Source: Candidatus Cloacimonadota bacterium
GTDB lineage: Bacteria; Cloacimonadota; Cloacimonadia; Cloacimonadales; TCS61
Length of the DNA: 64,000 nt
NCBI GenBank assembly: GCA_021734835.1
Contig: JAIPIH010000010.1
Coordinates: 942 to 64,941 of the forward strand
Reading direction: 5' to 3'
The notes below the pieces were generated by a model, which saw only the letters and a list, made by a program, of their open reading frames with translations, was not told the origin of the DNA and ran no database searches. This document shows, one piece after another, positions 1 through 9,461 of this stretch. A program made the translations under genes and the position numbers. Positions within the stretch are counted from its first letter, which is position 1. Each line of letters opens with the position of its first letter.

Positions 1-1742
1 ATAATATTTCAAGTAGTGATTTTAATTTTCTCAAAAACATTGGCAATAAAATCTATGAAGCAAAGCAACCGACTCTTTTTGAAATGGGAAAATCCAGAAC
101 CGAAACCCTTTTAGAATTTATCAAAAGCAAAAATATACACTTTGGAGATGTTGCAAACTGGTTCAAACAAAGCTATCAAGAAAAAAATACTATTATCACC
201 AACTCAAAAACGAATAAGACCAAAAAAGAAAAAACTGACGAAGAAACAGAAAAGTTATTAAATAGTTTAGAAGATAAAAATAATCATATTAGAGCTATTT
301 TTACGGTTGATAGATTGACGGAAGGTTGGGATGTTTTAAATCTTTTTGATATTGTTAGACTTTATCAAGGACAAAACACAGGAGGAAGTACCAAAAAAAC
401 TCCAGAAGCAACAACCAAAGAAAAACAACTTATCGGAAGAGGTGTCAGATATTGCCCATTTGCTTTCAATGACAAAATCAAAAATAAAAGAAAATTTGAT
501 GATGACTTGAAACACGAATTAAGAGTTTTAGAAGAATTATATTATTACACTTATGACGAAGAATCAAGATATATTTCACATCTGAAAGAAGAATTAAGAA
601 AAGACGGATATATCAGAGACGATAAAGTTATCAAAACTTTTGCTCTCAAAAAGGAATTTCAAGACAGCAAATTCTATAAAGAAACAAAGATTTGGTACAA
701 CAAACAGATTGATAATCCAAACAGAAAAAAGAAGACTTTAGAAGATATTAAAAAAGACTTTTTTGGGCTTTATAAAATCAAAAGTTTAGAACTTACCGAG
801 CAAGAAATTGACTTTGAAAAACAAGAAGATCTGCATAGATTGAAGTTACAAGAAAAGGGATTGCAGACAATTTCAATTAAATTCAAATATATTGAAAAAC
901 ATATTGTTCAAAAGGCTATCAATATCAAGGCTAAGCAGGAAAATTCACTCTTTCAATTTGAAAACGTAAAAGAAGAACTGGAAATTGAAAGCATTGAAGA
1001 ATTACAAACAGATAAACTTGCCGATTTTGATGTAAAAATAATTGTGAGTAAAAACACAAATTATGATGATATTGATAATAGCGACAAGTTAGGTTTAGTG
1101 ATGAAGTTTTTAGACAATATCTTTGCAGAATTGAAAGACAAAATTGCTCCAAAAATTGGAAGTGAATTTATTGCAGGAGATTTCAAAAAATTCTTTGCAG
1201 TGCCAAAAACAAAGACTATTGAATCGGATAGCGATTCTGAAAGAATTGCTAAAGAATTAGAAACAAAAAACTGGTATGTTTTAGATTCATTTCATGGAAC
1301 AAGTGAAGAAAAAGAACTGATTGGATTTATCAAAGAAACAATCGGTAATTTAGAACAGAAATACAAAGAAGTATATCTATTAAGAAACGAAGAAGTCTAT
1401 AAAATTTATGATTTTGAACAAGGGAGAGGTTTTCAACCTGATTTTATTCTCTTTTTAAAAACAAATGATAAGAAAGAAGTAAAAAATGGATTTAAAGCAG
1501 AGCTATATTATCAAATATTTATTGAGCCAAAAGGGAATCAATATCTTGGTGATGATGGAACTTTCAGAACTGGAAAAGAAAGTTGGAAAGAACAATTTTT
1601 AGAAGAAATATCTAAAAAATATGGGTTAGAGAAAGTTATAAAAGCGGAAAATCCAAATTATAGATTAATTGGTTTACCATTCTTTAATTATGATTATAAT
1701 ACTAATTTTAAGAAAGAATATGAACATTTTGTAAATGAATAA
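1..1742 (+). CDS. res: Type III restriction endonuclease Res subunit, C-terminal part (5' end off window)
   Basis: The frame is open from nt 3 into the listed ATG at 84, so the gene is truncated by the window edge. SF2 helicase C-terminal motifs are present (TVDRLTEGWDVLNLFDIV; motif VI-like QLIGRGVRY). A C-terminal PD-(D/E)xK-like nuclease signature follows (FQPDFILF...IFIEPKG). Confidence 0.6.
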   Translation, partial: NISSSDFNFLKNIGNKIYEAKQPTLFEMGKSRTETLLEFIKSKNIHFGDVANWFKQSYQEKNTIITNSKTNKTKKEKTDEETEKLLNSLEDKNNHIRAIFTVDRLTEGWDVLNLFDIVRLYQGQNTGGSTKKTPEATTKEKQLIGRGVRYCPFAFNDKIKNKRKFDDDLKHELRVLEELYYYTYDEESRYISHLKEELRKDGYIRDDKVIKTFALKKEFQDSKFYKETKIWYNKQIDNPNRKKKTLEDIKKDFFGLYKIKSLELTEQEIDFEKQEDLHRLKLQEKGLQTISIKFKYIEKHIVQKAINIKAKQENSLFQFENVKEELEIESIEELQTDKLADFDVKIIVSKNTNYDDIDNSDKLGLVMKFLDNIFAELKDKIAPKIGSEFIAGDFKKFFAVPKTKTIESDSDSERIAKELETKNWYVLDSFHGTSEEKELIGFIKETIGNLEQKYKEVYLLRNEEVYKIYDFEQGRGFQPDFILFLKTNDKKEVKNGFKAELYYQIFIEPKGNQYLGDDGTFRTGKESWKEQFLEEISKKYGLEKVIKAENPNYRLIGLPFFNYDYNTNFKKEYEHFVNE

Positions 1743-1985
1743 GAAGTTTAAAAAAAATGGAATTTATAAGTATTAAGGAAAGCCTAACACTAGAAATAAT
1801 AATGGAAAATATTTTTTGAATTCAAACCATGGACTGCGTCTTCTCGCCAAGATTCGGGGTGATTTTACAGAACTAAAGGAGCTCCGAATATCAGACTCCT
1901 CTAATTATTCACGATTCTCGAAACTCTCCTTAGACCCGTCAACTTTAGTTATCAACAAAATAATATCCCCAAAAAGGAAGATAAG

Positions 1986-2528
1986 ATGAAAAAAATCATT
2001 CTTACCATTGCAGTTTTAACAGCTTTGATAAGCTGCAAATTTACATCTAACAAAGCAAAAAATATGGCAGAACAAAAAGATCAATCAGACAAATCACCAT
2101 CACCACAAGACACTATACCAAAAGTGACGGGAATTGGGGGGATTTTCTTTTTCTCTGAGAATCCTGAAATGACCAAGGAATGGTACTCCGAAAATTTGGG
2201 TTTGGAAGTAAATCAATGGGGTTCAAGTTTTGAATTTAGAAATGCTTACAGACCGAAAGAAATAAATTATTTGCAATGGAGTCCATTTAAACAAGGAAGT
2301 GAATATTTTTCCCCTTCGAATAAGGAATTTATGATCAATTACAGGGTTCAAAATATTGAAGGACTTGTTACCAAGCTTAAAGACAACGGAGTGAATATTC
2401 TTGATAACATTGAAACCTATGATTACGGAAAGTTCGTTCACATTATGGACGCAGAAAGAAACAAGATCGAACTTTGGGAACCGATCGATAGTGTATTTAC
2501 TAAAATGGGTGGGAAAACAACAAAATAG
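1986..2528 (+). CDS. Lipoprotein with VOC/glyoxalase-bleomycin-resistance fold
   Basis: Signal peptide with lipobox (LTALISC). GIGGIFFFSENPEMTKEWYSENLGL ... FVHIMDAERNKIELWEP is typical of the VOC family. AGGAAG lies upstream of the ATG. Confidence 0.6.
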   Translation: MKKIILTIAVLTALISCKFTSNKAKNMAEQKDQSDKSPSPQDTIPKVTGIGGIFFFSENPEMTKEWYSENLGLEVNQWGSSFEFRNAYRPKEINYLQWSPFKQGSEYFSPSNKEFMINYRVQNIEGLVTKLKDNGVNILDNIETYDYGKFVHIMDAERNKIELWEPIDSVFTKMGGKTTK

Positions 2529-2715
2529 AAAGACATTCAAAGAAAAATTTACCGGTAAGAGGTAAAAATTGGAAGAGCTATTTATAAATAAGATTGACGA
2601 GCTAAGGATCAAGACCAATAGTGCAGTTAGAAAATATCAGGAATTTTGAACTGAATTGAAGCAGCGATTTTGCAAAAAATGTGATTAGAATTAATAAATT
2701 AATAAAATCTTTAAA

Positions 2716-3231
2716 TTGGAAAAAATTATGATCCATAAAGTACAAAAAAAACAACAAAATAGCAGGCTTTGTTTCGTCTGCGGGCTAAAAAACGATTTTG
2801 GCATCAAAGCAGGATTTTTCGAGATGGATAACAATGAACTGGCTGCCACTTTTACACCCTGCGAAAAACATCAAAGTTATCCAGGCAGGCTGCATGGCGG
2901 TATTGCCACAGCTATTCTGGATGAAACGATCGGCCGTGCTATTATGATCGAACATGATGAGATCTGGAGTGTAACTGTCGAATTGCAGATAAAATTCAAG
3001 CGTCCTGTTCCTCATGATATGGAGCTGAAAGTTGTTGGCAGGATCACTGATCAGAATAAACGTTTCTTTGTAGGAACTGGAGAACTCATCCTGCCTAATG
3101 GTGAAGTTGCGGTAAGCGCCAGGGGAAAATATATGAAACTGCCCATCGATAAAATTGCTGATTTCGATCATGAAAAAGAGGAATGGAAGGTGGTGGAAGC
3201 GAAAAATGATCCACAAGAGATTGAATTTTAA
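2716..3231 (+). CDS. PaaI/hotdog-fold acyl-CoA thioesterase
   Basis: CFVCG near the N-terminus and GRLHGGIATAILDETIG core motif. The listed start is TTG at 2716; the ATG at 2728 is an equally plausible start. Confidence 0.65.
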   Translation: MEKIMIHKVQKKQQNSRLCFVCGLKNDFGIKAGFFEMDNNELAATFTPCEKHQSYPGRLHGGIATAILDETIGRAIMIEHDEIWSVTVELQIKFKRPVPHDMELKVVGRITDQNKRFFVGTGELILPNGEVAVSARGKYMKLPIDKIADFDHEKEEWKVVEAKNDPQEIEF

Positions 3232-3249
3232 AGCTATGTTTTAATTTAA

Positions 3250-4062
3250 TTAAGCAAACAAAAAAAGACTGGCAGCCATGAGGATCATACCGCCTATCAA
3301 GCCGCCAATTGCAATGTGATGTTCACCATACTCTTCTGCTGTAGGTAATAATTCATCCAGAGAAATATAGACCATAATTCCTGCTACTCCGGCAAAAATA
3401 AGGCCGAAGGTAATTTCGTTAAAAATACTTTTCAAGATGAAATATCCTAAAATAGCACCAACCGGCTCGGCAAATCCCGATAAGAAAGAAAACCAAAAAG
3501 CTTTCTTTCTGCTTTTACATGCGTAATAAATAGGTGCAGAAACAGCAATTCCCTCCGGGATGTTATGAATGGCAATTGCCACTGCAATGCTTATCCCTAA
3601 TTTGGGATTTGTTAGAGCTCCCATAAAGGTTGCCAGTCCTTCCGGGAAGTTATGGATCGCTATTGCTAAGGCTGAGAATATTCCCATTCGCATCAGTTTC
3701 TTTTCTTTATTGGAAATGCCATCCTCCAACTTAGTGATATTACTGATTTCATGCGGATTTTCATAAGCTGGTATCATCTTATCGATAAGGGCAATTACAG
3801 CAATTCCGCCAAAAAAAGCTAAAGTTGTATATAGATAACCGATCTTTGAGCCGAAGTGAGCCGAGAGTGCCAAACGGGCTTTTAAAAAAATTTCAACAAA
3901 TGAAACATAGATCATTACGCCAGCTGAAAATCCCAGAGAGCCGGCTAAGAATTTCGGATTGAATTTCTTTGATGCCAAAGCCATCAAGCTACCGATCCCG
4001 GTAGCTAAGCCGGCGAAAACAGTTAAACTAAAGGCAAAGTAAACATTAGCAGTCGGCATCAA
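3250..4062 (-). CDS. zupT: ZIP-family zinc transporter ZupT
   Basis: Multi-TM protein with duplicated HNFPEGLA / HNIPEGIAV metal-binding motifs. Confidence 0.8.
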   Translation of the reverse strand: MMPTANVYFAFSLTVFAGLATGIGSLMALASKKFNPKFLAGSLGFSAGVMIYVSFVEIFLKARLALSAHFGSKIGYLYTTLAFFGGIAVIALIDKMIPAYENPHEISNITKLEDGISNKEKKLMRMGIFSALAIAIHNFPEGLATFMGALTNPKLGISIAVAIAIHNIPEGIAVSAPIYYACKSRKKAFWFSFLSGFAEPVGAILGYFILKSIFNEITFGLIFAGVAGIMVYISLDELLPTAEEYGEHHIAIGGLIGGMILMAASLFLFA

Positions 4063-4105
4063 GCCTCCTTATTATTTTGGGAATTATCAATTAAAACATA
4101 GCAAT

Positions 4106-5326
4106 TTATTTTCTGATGACTTTCCCTTCAGCCATTACCATTGCAGGAAAGGCAGCTAGATCGAAAGGAGATTTATTCCAAACTACCAGGCTGGCGAGTT
4201 TATTTTCCTCAACTGAACCCAGAATATCATCGATACCAAGAATCTTGGCATTTTTGTATGTGATCAAGGAAATAGCTTCAGCTTCACTCATACCGCTTAT
4301 CAGGAAGAATTTCAAACTATCTCTCAGATGTGGAGCCCATACTACGGGATGATCTGTCATAAGTCCGAATTCAACTTTCGATTTGTATAATAAAGCGGCG
4401 TTTTGGTAGTAAGAGTGAGCTAATTCAACTTTTCCGCCCAATGCGCCTAAGGGACCGTAGATCACGGGAATTTTATTTTTTGCCAGTTCATCAAATATCT
4501 CTTTATGATGCACATCACCCGTATGATCGGCGGTTGCTTTGATATTATACTTTTTTACAAAATTGATCAAGTACAGAACATCATCTTCTTTGTGAACATG
4601 GATCTTGGCAATTTTTTTTCTATCGAGTATTTCTTGGATCGCCAGTTCTTCCGAGTTGAATTCCAGTTGGCTTTCTGCTTTCCTATTTTTGGCTTTTTCA
4701 TTATATTCTGATTTAGTAACTTTCTTTTCTTTCAGTGACTTCTCCAGATCTTTAAGTTTCATTCTCAGGGTAAGTTCGGCTTTTTTACGTTTTGTGATCA
4801 CTTCATCAAATTTTTGTTCCAAAAGGGAATAAACTCCCATCCTTGTATTTGGGCGTTTTCCTTTCCAGCTTGTTGTAGAACGCGGGTTGTAGCCTAATGC
4901 CATTTTATATCCATAATTTTTGATCAGTGCTTTTTGCCGATTTGGCACAAAATTTCTGATGATCATTGCTTTTCCACCCATTAAATTCCCGCTTCCCGGA
5001 ACTACACAACTGTAAAGGCAGCCAAAATCAACCGCATCTTTAAAAGCACGATCGTCAAAATAAATACCATTCAATGGATCAAGCAGCGGTAGGAACTGAT
5101 CCAAAAAATCATTACCTTCTTGTTCAGCTCCGGGCTCTCCGTCTCTGAACATTCCAATATGAGAATGTGCATCGATAAAGGCCGGAGTTACAAATCCTTC
5201 ATAATCAAATTTTTGTTTCTGATCAGAAATTTTAATAATTTTATCGTTTTCAACCAGGATATATTTATCCTTAGCGACCGATCTCCCATCATACAAGGTT
5301 TTTGCTTTTATCACTGTTTTCTTCAT
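4106..5326 (-). CDS. Metal-dependent amidohydrolase family protein
   Basis: N-terminal beta-sandwich followed by FIDAHSHIG metal-ligand motif; C-terminal GSVEENKLASLVVW typical of the amidohydrolase superfamily. Substrate unknown. Confidence 0.65.
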   Translation of the reverse strand: MKKTVIKAKTLYDGRSVAKDKYILVENDKIIKISDQKQKFDYEGFVTPAFIDAHSHIGMFRDGEPGAEQEGNDFLDQFLPLLDPLNGIYFDDRAFKDAVDFGCLYSCVVPGSGNLMGGKAMIIRNFVPNRQKALIKNYGYKMALGYNPRSTTSWKGKRPNTRMGVYSLLEQKFDEVITKRKKAELTLRMKLKDLEKSLKEKKVTKSEYNEKAKNRKAESQLEFNSEELAIQEILDRKKIAKIHVHKEDDVLYLINFVKKYNIKATADHTGDVHHKEIFDELAKNKIPVIYGPLGALGGKVELAHSYYQNAALLYKSKVEFGLMTDHPVVWAPHLRDSLKFFLISGMSEAEAISLITYKNAKILGIDDILGSVEENKLASLVVWNKSPFDLAAFPAMVMAEGKVIRK

Positions 5327-5359
5327 TTGTCCTCCGTTTCTTATATTAACTTTATAAGT

Positions 5360-6040
5360 TTAATTCAAAGCAAGATCAACCGCAGCTGCTGCCTGCAAAA
5401 ATACCGTATTAAAAATTGGAATATCAAGATCTCTATGATCAAGCAAAAAAGGTAATTCTGTACAACCCAGAATAATCCCTTGAGCGCCTTGATTTACCAA
5501 ATTTTGGCAAATATGTACCAACTTAGCTTTTGATTCTTGGGAAATAATTCCTTTTACCAGTTCATCAAAAATAATTGCATTTACGACTATACGTTCATCC
5601 GGTTTCGGAGTAAGCACCTTAAATCCGAATTTTGCTTTTAACCGATCTATGTAAAAATCTTCTTCCATAGTTGGTTGTGTTCCCAAGAGCCCGATCCGAG
5701 CTAAATTATGAGCAGCGATAGCCCTTCCAGCAGCATCTGCAATATGGATCATCGGAATAGAAATTGTCCTGCTGATAGCCTCAAAATGTTTATGGAGAGT
5801 ATTAACACAAAGCAGCAGGATCTCTGCACCGGAGTTTTCCAGCATACGGGCTTTCTCGATCAGCATCTTCTCAACCTGAGAGGGATCAGACGTTTTGATC
5901 TGATGAAAATCAAAAGAATATAAAATGATCGCAGCTGAATGCAAGCCTCCCAGTTTATTTGCGGTGAGCTCGTTAATTATGCGATAATATTCTTTTGTGG
6001 ATTTCCAGGTGATACCACCGATCAAGCCTATTGTTTTCAT
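5360..6040 (-). CDS. Aspartate/glutamate racemase family protein
   Basis: MKTIGLIGGITWKST N-terminus; two conserved Cys regions (LLCVNTLH, ILGCTELP) typical of the Asp/Glu/hydantoin racemase family. Confidence 0.75.
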   Translation of the reverse strand: MKTIGLIGGITWKSTKEYYRIINELTANKLGGLHSAAIILYSFDFHQIKTSDPSQVEKMLIEKARMLENSGAEILLLCVNTLHKHFEAISRTISIPMIHIADAAGRAIAAHNLARIGLLGTQPTMEEDFYIDRLKAKFGFKVLTPKPDERIVVNAIIFDELVKGIISQESKAKLVHICQNLVNQGAQGIILGCTELPFLLDHRDLDIPIFNTVFLQAAAAVDLALN

Positions 6041-6047
6041 TTAGTAG

Positions 6048-6845
6048 TTACTTAACATCCAATAATTCTACATCGAAGATTAAAGTTGCTTTTTCCGGGA
6101 TAACACCGGGATAACCTGCTTCTCCGTAAGCCAGCTCATAAGGAATGATCAGCCTTACTTTATCACCTTTTCTCATCAATGCTAATCCTTCTTCCCAGCC
6201 TTTGATAACTTGTCCCAGGCCAAGCACAAAACTATAAGGCTGTCCTTTTTTAAGAGAAGAATCGAAAATTGTTCCATCTTCCAGATACCCTGTATAATCG
6301 ACAGTGACAGTATTTCCGGGTGCAGCTTTTATCCCTGTTCCTTCTTCTACCAAAATGTATTCCAATCCCGATTCAGTTACAGAGCGGATCTTACCTTCTG
6401 TATCGTATTCCGTTATCATTATCGGTTGTAAGATATCAACCAATTCAACATCAAAGATAAGGGTAGCATTTGGCGGGATAACTTGGCCGGCACCTTGTTC
6501 ACCGTATCCTAAATGCGGCGGGATCTTCAAAATTGCTTTGCCGCCTTTATGCAGCAAGGCTATTCCTTCATCCCATCCTTTGATAACCCTGCCGGCACCA
6601 AGCTCAAATGTAAATGGCTCACCTCTATCAAGAGAACTGTCAAATTTTGTACCATCTTCCAGCTTGCCGGTATAATGAACCTTTACTCTGTTACCTGCTA
6701 TGGGAAGATCTCCATTTCCTTTTTCAGTAATTATAAATTGCAATCCGCTTTCAGTAGTTGTGTAATTATCATTTCCTTTTGGTTCGCAAAATAACTGCAT
6801 CGTTACAATTAAAGTTATTACGATCATTAAAATATACTTTTTCAT
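6048..6845 (-). CDS. Secreted FKBP-type peptidyl-prolyl isomerase with two tandem FKBP domains
   Basis: Signal peptide, then two copies of V.VHYTG.LEDGT.FDSS...G.P..F.LG.G.VIKGW.EG...M..G.K..L.IP..L.YG. Confidence 0.8.
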   Translation of the reverse strand: MKKYILMIVITLIVTMQLFCEPKGNDNYTTTESGLQFIITEKGNGDLPIAGNRVKVHYTGKLEDGTKFDSSLDRGEPFTFELGAGRVIKGWDEGIALLHKGGKAILKIPPHLGYGEQGAGQVIPPNATLIFDVELVDILQPIMITEYDTEGKIRSVTESGLEYILVEEGTGIKAAPGNTVTVDYTGYLEDGTIFDSSLKKGQPYSFVLGLGQVIKGWEEGLALMRKGDKVRLIIPYELAYGEAGYPGVIPEKATLIFDVELLDVK

Positions 6846-6857
6846 TTTATCTCCTCT

Positions 6858-7247
6858 TTATTCATTAAATGTTTTTATTATAAAATTACCATTATTGAAA
6901 TTGAGTGATTCTATATGGACCATTTTGGTTTTATCGGTTAGGAATTGTTGCAGGAAAAAGGTGATCTTAGGATGCTGATACTGCAAATATTTTTTTTCCA
7001 ATATCTGCTTATGTTTAAGAATATTTGCCACAAGCCAATTTGATTTTAGCTTCAGGAAAAGCATGCCGTTACTGTATTCAACTATATTGATCTCAAAAGT
7101 GATCTGTTTGGGGATAATGAATTTATCTTTATATTTGAACTTTATGTGATCACCAGAGATCTGAAGATCTGAGACTTCCTTAGGGATTAGGTCATTAACA
7201 ATAAAGATATCAATTATCTCCGCAATAGTAATTCTGATCTCAGCCAT
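6858..7247 (-). CDS. Hypothetical protein (129 aa)
   Basis: Long ORF co-directional with its neighbours, short intergenic gaps. No motif recognised. Confidence 0.45.
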   Translation of the reverse strand: MAEIRITIAEIIDIFIVNDLIPKEVSDLQISGDHIKFKYKDKFIIPKQITFEINIVEYSNGMLFLKLKSNWLVANILKHKQILEKKYLQYQHPKITFFLQQFLTDKTKMVHIESLNFNNGNFIIKTFNE

Positions 7248-7317
7248 AAATTATCCTTTTTTATGATTTATTTAAGTTAAAGCAACTAATAATGTTATTT
7301 TGGGCAAGTAAAAATTT

Positions 7318-7761
7318 TTATATCCCGGGATTCAATCTTTTAGTGAAGTAAAAAATATCGTTATGTTTTTTATATCTATTAAGTTGAAAAAATTCCATTG
7401 AATATTCATTCCAGTCCTCTATCAAGCAGGCAAAAATTTCTACTTTATTATCTCTGAAGAAACTTTCGGAATGAGTTATCAGAGCTTTGGCAATTCCCAT
7501 CTTCCTGTATTCAGGTAAAACTGCCAGTCTGTTTATCCAGCCTTTTCTGCCGTTATGACTAGCGATGACAGCGCCGACAATTTTGTTCTTTACTTCTGCT
7601 ATGAAGAAGCGGTTCGTTGGCATCATCATCTGTTCGAGAATGTTCGCTTCAGTATCTCTTCCTGTCGGTTTATAGGGCAGAGATGACTTTTCCCAAACTC
7701 GGAACAGATCTGAAATTTCTGATTCTCTTAATTGTCTAATTATAACTGCTTGATCTTTCAT
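7318..7761 (-). CDS. GNAT-family N-acetyltransferase
   Basis: Acetyl-CoA binding motif A region: WINRLAVLPEYRKMGIAKALI (R/Q-x-x-G-x-A/G pattern). Confidence 0.75.
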   Translation of the reverse strand: MKDQAVIIRQLRESEISDLFRVWEKSSLPYKPTGRDTEANILEQMMMPTNRFFIAEVKNKIVGAVIASHNGRKGWINRLAVLPEYRKMGIAKALITHSESFFRDNKVEIFACLIEDWNEYSMEFFQLNRYKKHNDIFYFTKRLNPGI

Positions 7762-7816
7762 ATTTTTATTTGGTACTTATGGTAAACAGTTTAAAGTTGG
7801 ACCGAGTTTATTCATA

Positions 7817-9088
7817 TCATTTTAAAAGCTTAGCAGCATATCTGAAAACACGATTAAAGCTTTTATCAACTTCCTTTTCCAGCTTCTTTTGCGTAGGGAA
7901 CGGAACAACATGGTCGTAATTATAATCGAAATCCATAACTTTGACTTTTATGGGAATTTTTTTTTCATTACCTCTGAGAGTGTTTATAACCTCAATTGGC
8001 GGAACTACAAAATCTTTTTTCAAAGCAAGTGCAAAGATCCGTTTATTTAGTTCTTTAAATCTTTTTTCCCGAAATTCCTGCATTCGATGAAATTCCAACA
8101 TACTCCTGAAATACTTCCCAACCGGATGCAGGTCACTGAAATAGTGTTTTAATCTTTCATCCTTTTTGAGCTCTTCATCCAGCCGTTCAATATAAAATGA
8201 ATATACCGCGATATTAGCTTCACTATCAAGAATATATTTGGAGGCGGCATTCATCCTGTTCAAAGTAGGACCGCCGCAAAAATTGAATAATTTGGACTTA
8301 GCCAGATAATTGTAGGAGTTTGTCATTAGTAATATATTTGCCAAAAATGAACCAACCGAGTAAGCAAAGAAATCTATCGATGCTTTATTCTTTATTATAG
8401 GATGTGTTCCTGATCTGATCTCCCGTAGCAGCTGAATGATGTCGTAATAAGATTGTAAGCCGGACCAGAGAAACCTTTGCGGATAGAATTGAAGTCTGGC
8501 GCTCAAGGCAATATTTGCGATAGAGGAATTAGCAATATTGGGGATTATCGTTTTTCTTTCTTTATTGGCAGTTCTCAAAAAACGCGGATCTGTCCATTCA
8601 GGAGGAGTTCGGTTCATGTGGAAAGTAATGGGGAATAAGATGATCTGTTTTCCGGTTAACTCCATCAATTTATAAGCCCAGGGCAGATATTTACTCCAAT
8701 CTTTTTCGTTTAATCCATGCAGTAAGATTATCACACCTTTAGTCTTAACCCGAACAATTTTTTCCTTCCCTGATTTCTTTGATCTTTTCAGTTCAATTGG
8801 CGTGATGATACTATAATTGAAATTTACATTTTCTTCTATCTTAGAATCAGGTATTTCTATGATCTTATTCAAGTGAGGAGAGTTATGCTTGCTGTCTAGA
8901 TCATAAACCTTTTTAAAAGATAAATTATGTTCATGGCAATGATATGTGTCTTCACCGGGCAATAATATATGGTTGAATGATTGAAAAGGAACATTTATTA
9001 TTTGAACTTTCAATTCCGGTATGTCAATACTCTCAGCTTGTAAATAAAATTTACTTTTCAGCAAATTATATATTTCTAGATAGGTCAT
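7817..9088 (-). CDS. Alpha/beta-hydrolase-fold protein of unknown function
   Basis: VIILLHGLNEKDW (oxyanion-region-like) and nucleophile-elbow-like FAYSVGSF (G/A-x-S-x-G). Function not assignable. Confidence 0.5.
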   Translation of the reverse strand: MTYLEIYNLLKSKFYLQAESIDIPELKVQIINVPFQSFNHILLPGEDTYHCHEHNLSFKKVYDLDSKHNSPHLNKIIEIPDSKIEENVNFNYSIITPIELKRSKKSGKEKIVRVKTKGVIILLHGLNEKDWSKYLPWAYKLMELTGKQIILFPITFHMNRTPPEWTDPRFLRTANKERKTIIPNIANSSIANIALSARLQFYPQRFLWSGLQSYYDIIQLLREIRSGTHPIIKNKASIDFFAYSVGSFLANILLMTNSYNYLAKSKLFNFCGGPTLNRMNAASKYILDSEANIAVYSFYIERLDEELKKDERLKHYFSDLHPVGKYFRSMLEFHRMQEFREKRFKELNKRIFALALKKDFVVPPIEVINTLRGNEKKIPIKVKVMDFDYNYDHVVPFPTQKKLEKEVDKSFNRVFRYAAKLLK

Positions 9089-9103
9089 TGATTCTCCATC
9101 AAT

Positions 9104-9442
9104 TTAATAAAATATTTTTAACAGCAAAGCATTTACAAGGGAGATCAAAAGTGCCGCAATAGAAGCAGTCAGGCAACCATGTAGTTTAAATTTTGGAACT
9201 ATTTTTGCCGTAATAAGTAAGCACAATCCATTGATGATCAGAGCAAAAACTCCGAATGTGAGAAAAGTGAGCGGGAAAAAAATAAATTCAAAAATCGGTT
9301 TTAACGTTACATTGATCAACGCCAGAACAAGAGCTGCCACGATCGATGTAAAAAGGTTATCTACAGAAAAAAGATCGGTTATACGTCCAACCAGATAGAT
9401 AGAAATAGCTAACAAAAAAAATTGTATTAATGTATCTTCCAT
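9104..9442 (-). CDS. Small 4-TM membrane protein, phage-holin-4 / YvlD-like family
   Basis: 112 aa, four hydrophobic segments. LINVTLKPI...LTFGVFALIINGLCLL pattern recalled from this widespread non-phage family. Confidence 0.5.
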   Translation of the reverse strand: MEDTLIQFFLLAISIYLVGRITDLFSVDNLFTSIVAALVLALINVTLKPIFEFIFFPLTFLTFGVFALIINGLCLLITAKIVPKFKLHGCLTASIAALLISLVNALLLKIFY

Positions 9443-9461
9443 TATATTAACAAATATGAGT

